Shown here one piece after another: positions 13,643 to 24,647 of a stretch of 64,000 nucleotides of DNA. Position numbers and translations under genes: made by a program. The stretch comes from Lama guanicoe (taxonomy: Eukaryota), in NCBI GenBank assembly GCA_013239625.1, contig MU053083.1, forward strand, positions 124,001-188,000. Direction: 5' to 3'. Below the pieces are notes generated by a model, which was not told the origin of the DNA, made no database searches, and saw nothing but the letters and a program-made list of their open reading frames with translations. Within the stretch, counting starts at the first letter, position 1. Each line of letters begins with the position of its first letter.

Positions 13643-15507
13643 ATTTCTAAGAGTTCACCCAAAAGCTCTTAACTCATTTGTATTTCATTAACTTAGAAGA
13701 ATTTCATCATACCAGCAGATGTTTCTGCTGACAAACTCTGCAACAGAAACATTAACTTAGTGACTGTCAGTAAACCTAGGTACAAAATATACATGTCTGC
13801 ACTGATCATACCAATAAACCTAAGCCAGCTCTAATGTTAGATATCAATTCGACACTGAATACTTTCCAGATCACATGAACCCAAAATTTGTTCTGCCTAG
13901 CTTCCTTTACACTTAGAAGTATTTGGGGTTTGTTTGTTTTGTGAGTTACACATTTTTTAATTGACATATAGAAGTATTTAATGTGTAAGCACTTAAATTT
14001 ACAAGTTAATTTTTTATGTAGAGACAGAACCAGAGATCTGTTTTTCTGCTTGAGTTTAAAAAAACCTCTTTTTTTCCTTGAGAGCCCAGGTAGATCATCT
14101 ACATCTCAAAGGCACATGAAGAGAAATGCAAGTTCCTCCTCTAAATACTTCTTACAAAATCCAACCATTTTGGCTATTTTCAGAGATTTTTTTTTTTTCT
14201 AGTTCCCAAATATCCACTTCAGTTAAAAGAAATCATTTGCTCACCTTGACATGTTTCACTTTCAGCAAAACCAAGAAGAAAGAACAGGATCTGGACTCAG
14301 GTACCAAGACACTAACACACACACACACACCACCAAGGTAAAAGCCGAAGCAACTGCAAGAGGCCCACTTTGATATAACAGCAGAGCCATTAGGGGCCAT
14401 TGTTCAGATCGCAGGGAGTACTGAGCCCAGGTGGTGTTACAATAAAAAATATCATTTTCTTTCATTTGTGGGAGCATAGCTAAAGATCTCCCAGTTTTGC
14501 AAAATATACCCTAGGGGGACTATAAGATGTAACGGAGCTCCAATCATCCATACTTAATTATTCATAGCCTATGTTATCAAACATCAAGCAAAAACAATTC
14601 AGCATGGTTTCTCAGGGTCACAGTTCCCTAGCCCCCAAAAGAGGGATTCCCAACCAATACCCCAACAGAGATAAAGCTGAATGAATGACCAAGACTAGAA
14701 ATGGAAAAGCCCAACCAAAAGCTCTGCCACAGGTGAAGTTAACCCAATAGGGAACGATGCCCTGATGTCATCACACGTGAGCCCCATTACTCACCAAAGA
14801 TGTCTCAACCAGCCAATGCAAGTATTGATACACACACACAAACAACATGGTTCCACAAATAAAAGATCAAACAAGGTGTAGGCTAAAAATTCCACTTCCA
14901 TTCCCAGATGGAGGCTTCCAGAATGGCCCAGCTTCCAAAAGAGAATGGACCCAGAGTGACTCCCAGTTAGCCTAGAATGGCTCAATTCCCAGGCGGAGCG
15001 GGTAGAATTTTCCCATCCTGCGCAAGCTGAGTGGCTCACCCTCCGACAATATACACACAAACACATACAACAAATAAGCTACTGTCACAAAAACAATCAG
15101 AGGAGGTGTAGTCTAAAAATCCCACTTCGATTCCCAGAAGGAGGCCTCCAAACAGATGAGCCCAGCTCTTGAAAGATAACTGACCAGAGTGGCTCACAAT
15201 GAGCCCAGAGCTAGCAGCTTATTTCCTGCAAAGGAAGGAGCCCAGATGGAGTGAAGAGAATTCCCAGCTTGCAAGAGCTGGAGCAACTCACCCTCAAGCG
15301 ACACCGAAAGCGGAACGTAGCTCCAAACACTTCTAGGCTCCAAAGAGCCTTGCACTGTGAGGGGGCCAGCACCTGTTGGGTAGAGTCCCTCCCAGTTCCC
15401 TGGAGCCAGACAAGCTCCAGCAGCTCCTGGGGACCCAGGGAAGGGGCTGTCTCTGGCTGGGGTGGACCTGCCACGGGAACAGACTCCTAGGCTGGCTTTG
15501 CAAAAAT
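13643..15507 (-). mobile_element. ERV1-type internal (leader/non-coding) remnant
   Basis: Begins beside the LTR with a degenerate tRNA-Arg-like PBS (plus strand gactcctaggctggctttgca, 15482-15502); no recognisable gag/pol frame. Confidence 0.6.
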
Positions 15508-15949
15508 TGTTACTGAATTTGTGTGCCCAACATAGAGTGAAGCCAAAAATACTGAAACATGGGAGTTTGGAGCAAAGAGGCCTGCTGCTGGGCTGAGCAA
15601 GGAGAATGAGTGGCTCACGCCCAAAACCCCTGAACTCCCTGAAGGGTTTCAGCTGAGCATCTTTAAAGATCAGCTGAGGGAGGAGCGATGCAGGGTGTGT
15701 GATCAGCTGTGCACAATTCTCCAACTGGTTGATGGTGAGCAATCCTTAGGCACCAAAAGGTCTGGGGCCTATGTGCTCATGATTATCAAGTAGTTAATTT
15801 CTTCCATTTGGTGGTGGTTTTTAGCATATGAAAAACTCAGGAAATATGCATGAGATACTATTATCTGGGTACTTGAGAGAGGAGGTACAGCAGAGGATAT
15901 GCGGCTGGGGTCTATTAGGTAAGGCCCTATAGGGTCCTGCTCACTTATA
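15508..15949 (-). mobile_element. ERV1-type LTR
   Basis: Minus strand: polypurine tract AAAAGGGGGGAG (15951-15962) precedes it, ends ...AGTAACA at 15508, PBS follows. Confidence 0.75.
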
Positions 15950-16891
15950 ACTCCCCCCTTTTCAAAACCAAAATGAAATTTTTGGTTTCCCAATGCATGT
16001 AAGTTATGTTTCCACTATATTGAAGTATACAGTAGCATTATGTCTAAAAAAAAAACAGTGTTTATACCTTAATTTAAAAATACTTCATTGCTTTAAAATG
16101 CTAACCATCATCTGAGCCTTCAGCGAGGTGCACTTTTTTTTTTTGCTGGTGGAGGGGCTTGCCACCATGTTGATGGCTACTGACTGATCATGATGGTGGC
16201 TGCTGAAGGTTGGGGTGGCTGTGGCAATTTCTTAAAATAAGACAACAATGAAATTTGCCTGATCAATTGACTCTTCCTTTCATGAACAATTTCTCTGTAG
16301 CATGCAATGCTGGTTGTTAGCATTTTACGCACGGTAGAACATCTTTCAAAATTGGAGTCAATCTTGTCAAACCCTTTTGCTGCTTTATCAACTAAGTGAA
16401 TTGAATATTCTAAATCCTTTTTGGTCATCTCAGCAATCTTCACAGCATCTTCACCAGGAACAGATTCTATACTCATTTCATCCTTTAGAAGCAACTCCTC
16501 ATCCATTCAAGTTTTATCATGAGGTTGCAGCAATTCAGTCACATCTTCAGGCTCCTCTTCTAATTCTAGTTCTCTTGCTATTTCCACCACTTCTTCCACT
16601 GAAGTCTTAAAACCCTCAAAGTCATCTGTGAGGATTGGAATCAACTTCTTCCAAAATCCTGTTAATGTAGATATTTTTGACCTCTTCCCATGCATCACAA
16701 ATTTCCTTACTGGCATCTAGAATGGTGAATCCTTTCCAGGAGGTTTTCAATTGTCTTTGCCCAGATAGATCAGAGGAATCACTATCTACTGCAGGTAAAG
16801 CCTTCCAAAATGTATTTCTTAAATAATAAGACTTGAGAGTCAAAATTACTCCTTGATTCATGGACTACAGAATGGATGTTGTGTTAGCAGG

Positions 16892-17233
16892 TGTACTGCA
16901 AGCGCTCAAGGCCTGGCAGGTTCACTTGGGGTTTGGGCAGACCGAAGAACACTCTTGGAGCCGTAGGTACCTCTGACATGCCTTTATTTCAGAGGAGTAC
17001 ACAGGCTTCAGTGGTGGCGGTGGCGCAGTGAAAAATCCTGTCTGCCTTATACATCAAAGCAAACAAAGCTGGCATCTAGCCAACTATTACCTAGGAGCTA
17101 ACCAGGGTGCCTGCGGAGTGCAAATCATGCTTATATAACACTACATGGGTACTGTGCACGCGGGATAATACATCTAAGTCACTGGGCACCAGATGTCTGG
17201 CAAGAGAGCCTAAGTGACTCCATTTTCCCTACA
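16892..17233 (-). mobile_element. Solo LTR nested in Tigger1
   Basis: TG...CA ends, perfect 5-bp TSD GCAGG (16887-16891, 17234-17238), minus AATAAA 16983-16988. Confidence 0.88.
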
Positions 17234-17398
17234 GCAGGCAAGAACACAACATAAATCTCCTTATACATCTCCATCAGTGCTCTTGGGTGACCAGGTATAT
17301 TGTCACTGAGCAGTAGTATCTTGAAAGGAATCTTTTTTCTGAAGAGATCTCAACAGTGGGCTTAAAATACTCAGTAAACCATGTGATAAACATATGTG

Positions 17399-17724
17399 GG
17401 GGAAAAAAAGAACATAAATACAAAACAGAAACAGACTCAGACATAGAATACAAACTTGTGGTTGCCAAGGGGGAGGGGACTGGGAAGGGATAGACTGGGA
17501 GTTCAAAATTTTTAGATACTGACAGGCATATGTAGAATAGATAAACAAGATTATACTGTATAGCACAGGGAAATATATACAAGATCTTGTGGTAGCTCAC
17601 AGAGAAAAAAAAATGTGACAATGAATTTATGTATGTTCATGTATAACTGAAAAACTGCTCTACACTGGAATTTGACACAACATTGTAAAATGACTATAAC
17701 TCAATTAAAAAATGTTTTAAAAAA
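17399..17724 (+). mobile_element. L1 3'-UTR insertion nested in Tigger1
   Basis: 13-bp TSD ATAAACATATGTG (17386-17398, 17725-17737), A-rich tail. Confidence 0.88.
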
Positions 17725-18957
17725 ATAAACATATGTGCTGTCATCCAAACTTTGTCATTCCATCTATAGAGCACAGAGGAGTTTTAGTATAATTTTTAAG
17801 GGTCCTGGGTCTTTCAGAATGGTAAATGAGCATTGGCTTCAACTTCAAGTCACCAGCTGCATTAGCCCCCAGCAAGAGTCAGCCTGTCCTTTGCAACTTT
17901 GAAGCCAGGCATTAATTTCTCTCTAGCTAGGAAAATCTTAGATGGCATCTTCTTCCAATAGAAGGCTGTTTTGTCTGCATTGAAGATCTGTTGTTTAGTC
18001 TAACCCCTTTCATTAATTATCTTAGCTAGATTCTGGGTGACTTGCTGCAGCTACCACATCAGCACTTGCTGCTTCACCTTGCACTTTGATGTTACAAACA
18101 TGGCTTCTTTCCTTAAACTTCATGAGCCAACCTCTGCTGGCTTCAAACATCTCTTCTGCAGCTTCCTCACCTCTCAGCCTTCACAGAATCAAAGAGAGTT
18201 AGGGTCTTGCTCTGGGATCAGGCTTTGCTTAAGGGAATGTTATGATTGGCTTGATCTTCCATCCAGACCATTGAAACTTTCCCCATATGGGCAATAAGGC
18301 TGTTTTATTTTCTTACCGTTGTGTGTTTGCTGGAGTAGCACTTTTAATTTCCTTCAAGAACTTTGCCTTTGCATTCACTACTTGGCTATTTGCAAAAGGC
18401 TTGGCTTTCAGCCTATTATGGCTTTCAACGTGCCTGCCTCACTCAGCTTCATCATTTCTAGCTTTTGATATAAAGTGAGAGGACATGCGACTCTTCCTTT
18501 CACTTGAACCTTGTAGGGTTATGAGTTGGACTAATTTCAATACTGTTGTATCTCAGGGAATAAGGAGGCCCAAGGCGAGGGAAAGAGACAAGGGAACAGG
18601 TGGTTGGTGGAGCCGTCAGAACACACACATCTATTAAGTTTGCCATCTTATATGGGCGTGGTTCGTGGCATCCCCAAAACAATTACAATAATAACAGCAA
18701 AGACCACTGATCACAGACAACCATAACAAACATAATAATCATGAAAAAGTTTGCAAAAATTAGCAAAATGTGACACAGAGACACAAAGTGAGCAAATAGT
18801 ACCAGAAGATGCTCCAAGTAGGGTTATCACAAACTCAATTTTTAAAAAATGCAGCACAATAACATGAGGTATGCCTGTATTACTAAATAAAATTCAAAGG
18901 CTTCTTAAGGATATAGACATTGCAAATAATTTTCAAACAGAGGAACAAACACAAATA

Positions 18958-19167
18958 CAGCTGACCCTTCAATGAGGCGGGTACAGCAGCCCACTCCATT
19001 GTCAAAAATCTGGGTATAATTTATACTTGGCCTTCCATTACTGTCCCTCCATATTCAAGGTTCCATACAACCTTCATTCATGTAGTACAGGAGTATTTAC
19101 TATTGAAAAATACCTGCATATAAATGGGCCCATGCAGTTCAAATCCATGCCGTTCAAGGGTCAGCTG
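18958..19167. mobile_element. Non-autonomous Tigger-family MITE (MER8/Tigger2a-like)
   Basis: TIR CAGCTGACCCTT...AAGGGTCAGCTG flanked by TA on both sides. Confidence 0.85.
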
Positions 19168-19490
19168 TATATACTCTTCACCTAAGTTTGTGACAGTGTC
19201 TTAAGCTATGGGAACACATCTAGACCTGGGGCAAACTTCAAGTAAGTTCAGCAAATCAGTATCTGTATTATTTCCTGTCTACATTTCATTTATGATGTGC
19301 TTATTTGGCAACTGGAACTTTCTGAGGAGTAGGTATTTGCTAAAAGGACAAAACCACACCCAAGCTGTCTCTTAATTCACAAAATTTGAAGTTATCACTG
19401 AAGCAATTAGGTTCACAATGAGCACATACATAACTCTCCAAGCTACTCAAGATAAGGAAACTCACCTGTCTCACTTAGTCAAATTCTATA

Positions 19491-19794
19491 CAGTGGACAC
19501 TCTGTATCCTTGGGTTCTGCATCCATGGATTTAACCAACCGCAAATCAAAAATATTTGAAGAACAATGTTTTTTTCCAGGAAGTTTCAAAAACCAAAACT
19601 TGAATTTGGCATGTATCAGCAACCATTTACATAGCATGTACATTGTAATTGGTACTATAATTAATCTAGAGATGGCTTAAAGTTTATCAGAGATTGTGCA
19701 TAGGTTACATGCAAATACTACGCCATTTGGGCATAAGGGACTTGATTTCGGTATACACCTGGAACAAATACCCTAAGATTCTGAGGGACAACTG
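19491..19794. mobile_element. MER2-like Tigger MITE
   Basis: TA-CAGT...ACTG-TA ends, typical GTATCC..GGGTTCTGCATCC subterminal motif. Confidence 0.8.
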
Positions 19795-19995
19795 TAGTCA
19801 TTTCTTAACATTTTCCTAGCCCCTAACTAACTCTACTAGCTTTCCCAGTTTCCATTACTGAAACTTCTAAAGCCAGATCTGTTTAAGGTAACATCAATTT
19901 TGAGTGTTACGAGAGTTTAAGCATAGAAAAATTATCCAGAAAATACAGGAGATAGGGCTGAGGCTGGTTATTTCTGAAATCCTAAATGAAATCTT

Positions 19996-20165
19996 TTTTT
20001 TTTAATTGAAGTATAGTTGATTTATAATGTTTCAGGTGGAGAGTAAAGTGATTCAGTTATATAAATATGTATATTCTTTTTCAAATACTTTTCCATTATA
20101 GGTTATTACAAAATATTGAATACAGTTCCGTGTGCTATAAGTAGGTCCTTGGTGTGTATCTACCT
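19996..20165 (-). mobile_element. Short L1 3' end
   Basis: T-run then AATTGAAGTATAG; TSD AATGAAATCTT (19985-19995, 20166-20176). Confidence 0.8.
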
Positions 20166-20534
20166 AATGAAATCTTAATATCAGAATTTACAGATTTATA
20201 ATAGATTTACTGGTTTCCAGTCTTACCAATGCTACTCCTCTCTTATTTCAAAAAATAATTACAGAAAGAAATAACAAGGCATTTCTAAAAATACTGAAAG
20301 CTAAATGTCTAAGAGCAGAATAATAACTTTACATCTCATATGGTCCATGGCTAGATTTTAAAAATTATAATAAATAAAAATTATATTTAATAAATATAAA
20401 ATAATTTTGATATACATAGTGTTGTACAATATTTATCTGGTTTCATATGGTTAAACAGGAAAATAACTAAATTATTTTACAAAATAATTTATTTCAGGTA
20501 ATTTTTCAGCTTGCTTGAAAGATACTTTTCCTCC

Positions 20535-21560
20535 CAATTTTTATTTTGAAAAGTTAAATATCTACAGAAAAGTTGTAAAAATAAAACAATGTATACCCTA
20601 TATTTAGATTCCCTAATTGGTAATATTTTGCCATATTTGCTATCTCTCTTTCTCTGTTTTGCATTTTCTGAGTCATTTGGTGATTAGTTGCAGACATGAT
20701 GACTAATTCACCTCTAAATATGTTAGTATCTCCTAAGATCAAAGAACAATCTTCCCCTGTATCTGCAATTTAATTAACAAAATGAGAAAAAGTAATGTCA
20801 ATACTACTATCTCAGTTAATTTCAAGAAAGTTCCCCTAATTGTCCCAGTTCTGCTCTTTAGAGTTGTTGTTTAAATCCCCTTTGCAATTAAAGATTCCCA
20901 CGTTACATTTAATTGTCACATCTCTAGTCTCCTTTAATCTGATACCATTCCCAGCCTTTTTTGCTTTTTCACAACACTGACAGTTTTTGAGAGCTCAGGT
21001 CAGCTATTTTGCAGAATGTTCCTCAATCTGGATTTGTCTGTTTCCTTATGATTAGATTCAAGTCAAACTTTTTTTTTTTTTTTTTTTTTTTTGCGAAATT
21101 TTTCTTTGGTGTGTTTTNNNNNNNNNNNNNNNNNNNNNNNNNNNNNNNNNNNNNNNNNNNNNNNNNNNNNNNNNNNNNNNNNNNNNNNNNNNNNNNNNNN
21201 NNNNNNNNNNNNNNNNNNNNNNNNNNNNNNNNNNNNNNNNNNNNNNNNNNNNNNNNNNNNNNNNNNNNNNNNNNNNNNNNNNNNNNNTTTTTTTTTTTTT
21301 TTTTTTTTTTTTGCGAAATACTTCATAGGTGAGGTTGTGTCCTTCTCAATGTGTCAAGAGAGTGCATGAGATCAGCCTGTCCCATTAATGGTGATGTTAA
21401 GCTTGATCATTTGGTTAAGGTAGTACCCACAAGATCGCTCTAGTGTAAGGATACCTTTTCCTCTTCGTGATAACTTGCGACTGTGTAAACATCTTTATAT
21501 AGAGTTACATGTTTTTATATATGTAAATCTTTTACCCAATAGTTTTCAAATCTATCCATT
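20535..21560 (-). mobile_element. Ancient L1 (L1ME-like) 3' region spanning the gap
   Basis: Degenerate L1 3' UTR-like motifs (ACAGAAAAGTTGTAAAA, TTTTGCCATATTTGC). Confidence 0.55.
21118..21287. other. Assembly gap (170 N)
   Basis: Run of N in sequence. Confidence 0.99.
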
Positions 21561-23679
21561 TATGTGACATTTTAAATTAGAGAAAATTTAGTAAATTTGG
21601 AAGAACTTGCTGCCAGCGATCTGTAGGGTATTGGGTGGGAAACTGACACTTCGTGATGGTATCTTAACTTTTCTTAATAAATATATGGGGAGGGGCAAAT
21701 TGAATAGAACCTGCCTTTTCACCCTTATCAATAGTTCTACAAACCATGAGTTTTCTCTGCATTTGGACTATTAGTAAGTTTTAACAGAAAAAAAAACCCA
21801 TAACTTTTAAAGATCTATTTCCTCCACCACTGTATCACCCTTAGGCATAATTCACTGCGCATGTTTTCTGATTTTTAAATTTTCCTCATTACAACACACA
21901 CAGTTGACTGGGTTGAGTTCATTGAGTGTCAGCTTGAGACAACATGTGTTGATTCTGGCTCACCCTAATGAATTTCATTTTGGTTTCAATTTTATAATGA
22001 GTTACTAGCTTTCAAACATAAATCAAGTTCTAATGCTGCAAGGTAACCATTATAGGTAATAACTTAACTCCTGTGCATCTAGAATGATACTAGCTCTGTA
22101 CCGTCCTTGGAAGAATTATGAGAAACCAGCCACTCCATTTTCTGTAGGAGTTCTGGTTGAGAAAGGCTGAGTATCTAGTAGTGACACATTGCTTCACTTC
22201 TCCACCTACCTGAAACCACACTTTACTTCACACCCAGAGACTCTTCTCTTGCCAAAATAAAGCAAATAAACCTTCTAAACCTAACCCACCATATACACAT
22301 ATTAACCTTACCAAGGTTTCAACTACTTTGTTTCTCCCACCAGGAAAGATTGACTTAACATTCACTTCCTTCCCTGTTTTCTATAACATACATCTTAGCT
22401 AGTGATACTTTTCTCTTTTTCTATCCCGATTTGTATATTCCACATGCCTTGAGCCCTAGACACACACCATGGGCCTTGGGCTGCTGCGAATCAAGGGCTG
22501 AAATTTCTAATTCAGCAATTTTCTAGATTTGAGGCCTTAGCAGATTCTTTGGTTTCTTTTGAGTCCAAGCTTCCTCATTTATAAAATGAGAAAGGAAAAA
22601 CCCAGAACTGTTTCACAGGGTTGCAGAATGTCCCTCAATTTGGATTCGTCTGATGCTATATGAATTGTATGTTATTCTGTTTTATATAACAATTATATTG
22701 CCTGAGTAGATGAAGTTTAAACAGAATATGACGTGCCTGGCACAGTGTTGGACACACAGTGCCACAAAATGCTTTTATTTTACTTTCGTTCTCTGCTCAT
22801 CATCCAGAAGATGCAGGTGAAAAAAAAAATCGTCAGGGATGTAGGAAGATTTGATCTATTCAAAGTTCAAATGCCACTGACTATATACACTTGTGGAAAA
22901 GGAGAATATCTATTTTTTAAGTTAATAGCCTCAGAACTTATGTACTGAATTGATAAATGTCAATCTCCTGGATTTGCTCAAATCAAAGCAACAGAAAAAA
23001 GGAATAAATCAGTCAAATACAACAGATGATGAGAAAAAAGAAACAATGGATAACTGGGAGCTAGAGGGTGGGAAGGGAAATGAAGAAATTTTCTGTAATG
23101 ATCGACATGTTCTAATTACATTTTGAAAGCTGAGTGTATGGGTTACGAGAGAGTATGCATTTGTGAAACTCCATCCAATTATTTGTACATTTCACTACCT
23201 GGAAGTTTTGCCTTAAAAGAACTGTAAACATACTGACCTCTAATGTGAGCCAAAATATTCCTGAGGGTAAACTGAACCAAGATCTGCATAATAAAAATAA
23301 GATGGCTTGATGGAAGAACAGATGTATGGATGTGATTCAGCAAGTAAGGCAAACTGTTGACAACTGTAGAATACAGGTGTTGAATATATAGGTGTTTACT
23401 GTATATAAATCTTTCCACTTTTCTGTATGTTCGAAATTTTTCATAACAAAAACATTGGATCAAAAACCAAACAAATACAATGTGAGAGGGCCACGAAAGC
23501 GTTTGGAAAGCAGGATTCCAGAGCAGGCATTTCCTGGCGGCTCACAAAAAACCTCAGTGCCTCCCACCATCCCTTCCCACACACAAGTAAACCAAGCCCC
23601 AGGCAGCCTGGCTAGCCCCCGAGCCCTGGCGCTGCGGATCTACCGCATTTCCGCTGGCCCGGGTCGCCTCCTGCTCGCC

Positions 23680-24098
23680 CGGTCTCAGTCCTTTCTCAGC
23701 ACACACTCCATCACCTGGTTCCCAGAACTCAGATTGCGCAGTGGTCAAGTCATCATCGACCAGGGCTCACAGTTACAGCGGCAGAGGCCTCCCGAACTTC
23801 CCTCATTTCTAGCCTAACCAGCTGCCTCTTATCTCCCCGCCCCGGGTTCTCTGGCCCCACTCCGCCGGACACACGTTTTCATAATCCTCTCAGGCTCCGG
23901 GCCAGCGGCGCCGCCAGCAATGGGGCCCAATCATATAAGGAAAATACTGTGGCTTCATACGGGGGCTGCATCGGGAACCCCAGAGGCATCCCTGCTCTAG
24001 GACATTCACCAGAGACCTCGCAGGCCAACCTTCCCCCTCCCACCCCCGGCCACCCCACCGGGCCTGGTACCCTAGCAGACCCAGCCGCCTAGGCCTCT
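23680..24098 (-). ncRNA. SCARNA17: Small Cajal body RNA 17 (mgU12-22/U4-8), compound box C/D guide, ~419 nt
   Basis: Guide TATTTTCCTTA (23936-23946) + ATGA box pairs with U12 nt 19-29, D+5 rule gives G22; guide CCACTGCGCAA (23734-23744) + CTGA pairs with U4 nt 5-15, D+5 gives C8; head-to-head with ACAA2 as known in human. Confidence 0.95.
23681..23761 (-). ncRNA. SCARNA17: 3' box C/D domain of SCARNA17 (U91, U4-C8 guide)
   Basis: C ATGATGA 23756-23750, D' CTGA 23732-23729, C' TGATGG 23713-23708, D CTGA 23688-23685, terminal stem GGTC/GACC. Confidence 0.92.
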
Positions 24099-24631
24099 GC
24101 CCCTGGTCTGCGCAGCCGACTGCGAGAGCGGCTCAGCCAATCTCCTCGCGCCGTCTTCCTCGCTCCGCCCACTTGGCTTCCGGCCCCGCCCCGCCGCGCC
24201 GGGCTGCTCCCTACGCCGCTCAAACCCGTTCCACCCATTCGGCGCCTAGTCGAACGTTTCAGAAAGTCTGGTAGCCGGGATGAAGGAGAACATTAATTAA
24301 CCCGTGTGGAGCGGGGCGGATAGAATAGAGTCAACTCACTCAGCTGGGAAACAGAGATAAATTTAAAAAGCAAAGATGTGAGGGAAAAGTTGGCTCTGAA
24401 GGAACGTTCACTTGTGCAAGGCCGGTCTCGCCCGGAGGTTTTGGTACCGCCCTTGGTTCCCCCGGATGGCGCGGAGAGGGCAGCGTGGTGGCCAAAGGGA
24501 ACCGGCGCGAGCCGACCCGGAGTAGGTGAAAGGGCGGGGCGTCCCCGCGCTGGCGCCGCCCCGCGCTCTTAAAGCCGGGCTGGGGGCGGGCGGCATGGTG
24601 CGTCGCCGAGGAGGATCCCCGCGCTGCCGCC

Positions 24632-24647
24632 ATGTCCTTGCTCCGAG
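24632..24647 (+). CDS. ACAA2: ACAA2 exon 1 coding part (MSLLR + G)
   Basis: Kozak GCCGCCATG; GAG|gtgagc. Confidence 0.93.

Larger units (their letters stand above)
15977..18877 (-). mobile_element. Near full-length Tigger1 DNA transposon (pogo family), disrupted
   Basis: TIR CAGGCATACCTC at 18877 beside TA; transposase fragments (MDEELLL...[29 protein letters not shown]); other TIR missing; two nested insertions. Confidence 0.92.

Noticed and set aside
15194..15742. 182-aa ORF
   Set aside because: Spans an LTR/leader junction, non-ATG start, no recognisable viral protein
16177..16861. Transposase-like ORFs as a domesticated gene
   Set aside because: Frameshifted Tigger1 fragments interrupted by LTR and L1 insertions
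21009..21369. ORFs crossing the N run
   Set aside because: Artefacts of the assembly gap
22621..22655. ~30-nt similarity to 21009-21042
   Set aside because: Likely separate fragments of the same ancient L1 family
23392..23817. 141-aa ORF and 23554-23748 ORF
   Set aside because: Overlap SCARNA17, which explains the sequence; no protein similarity recognised
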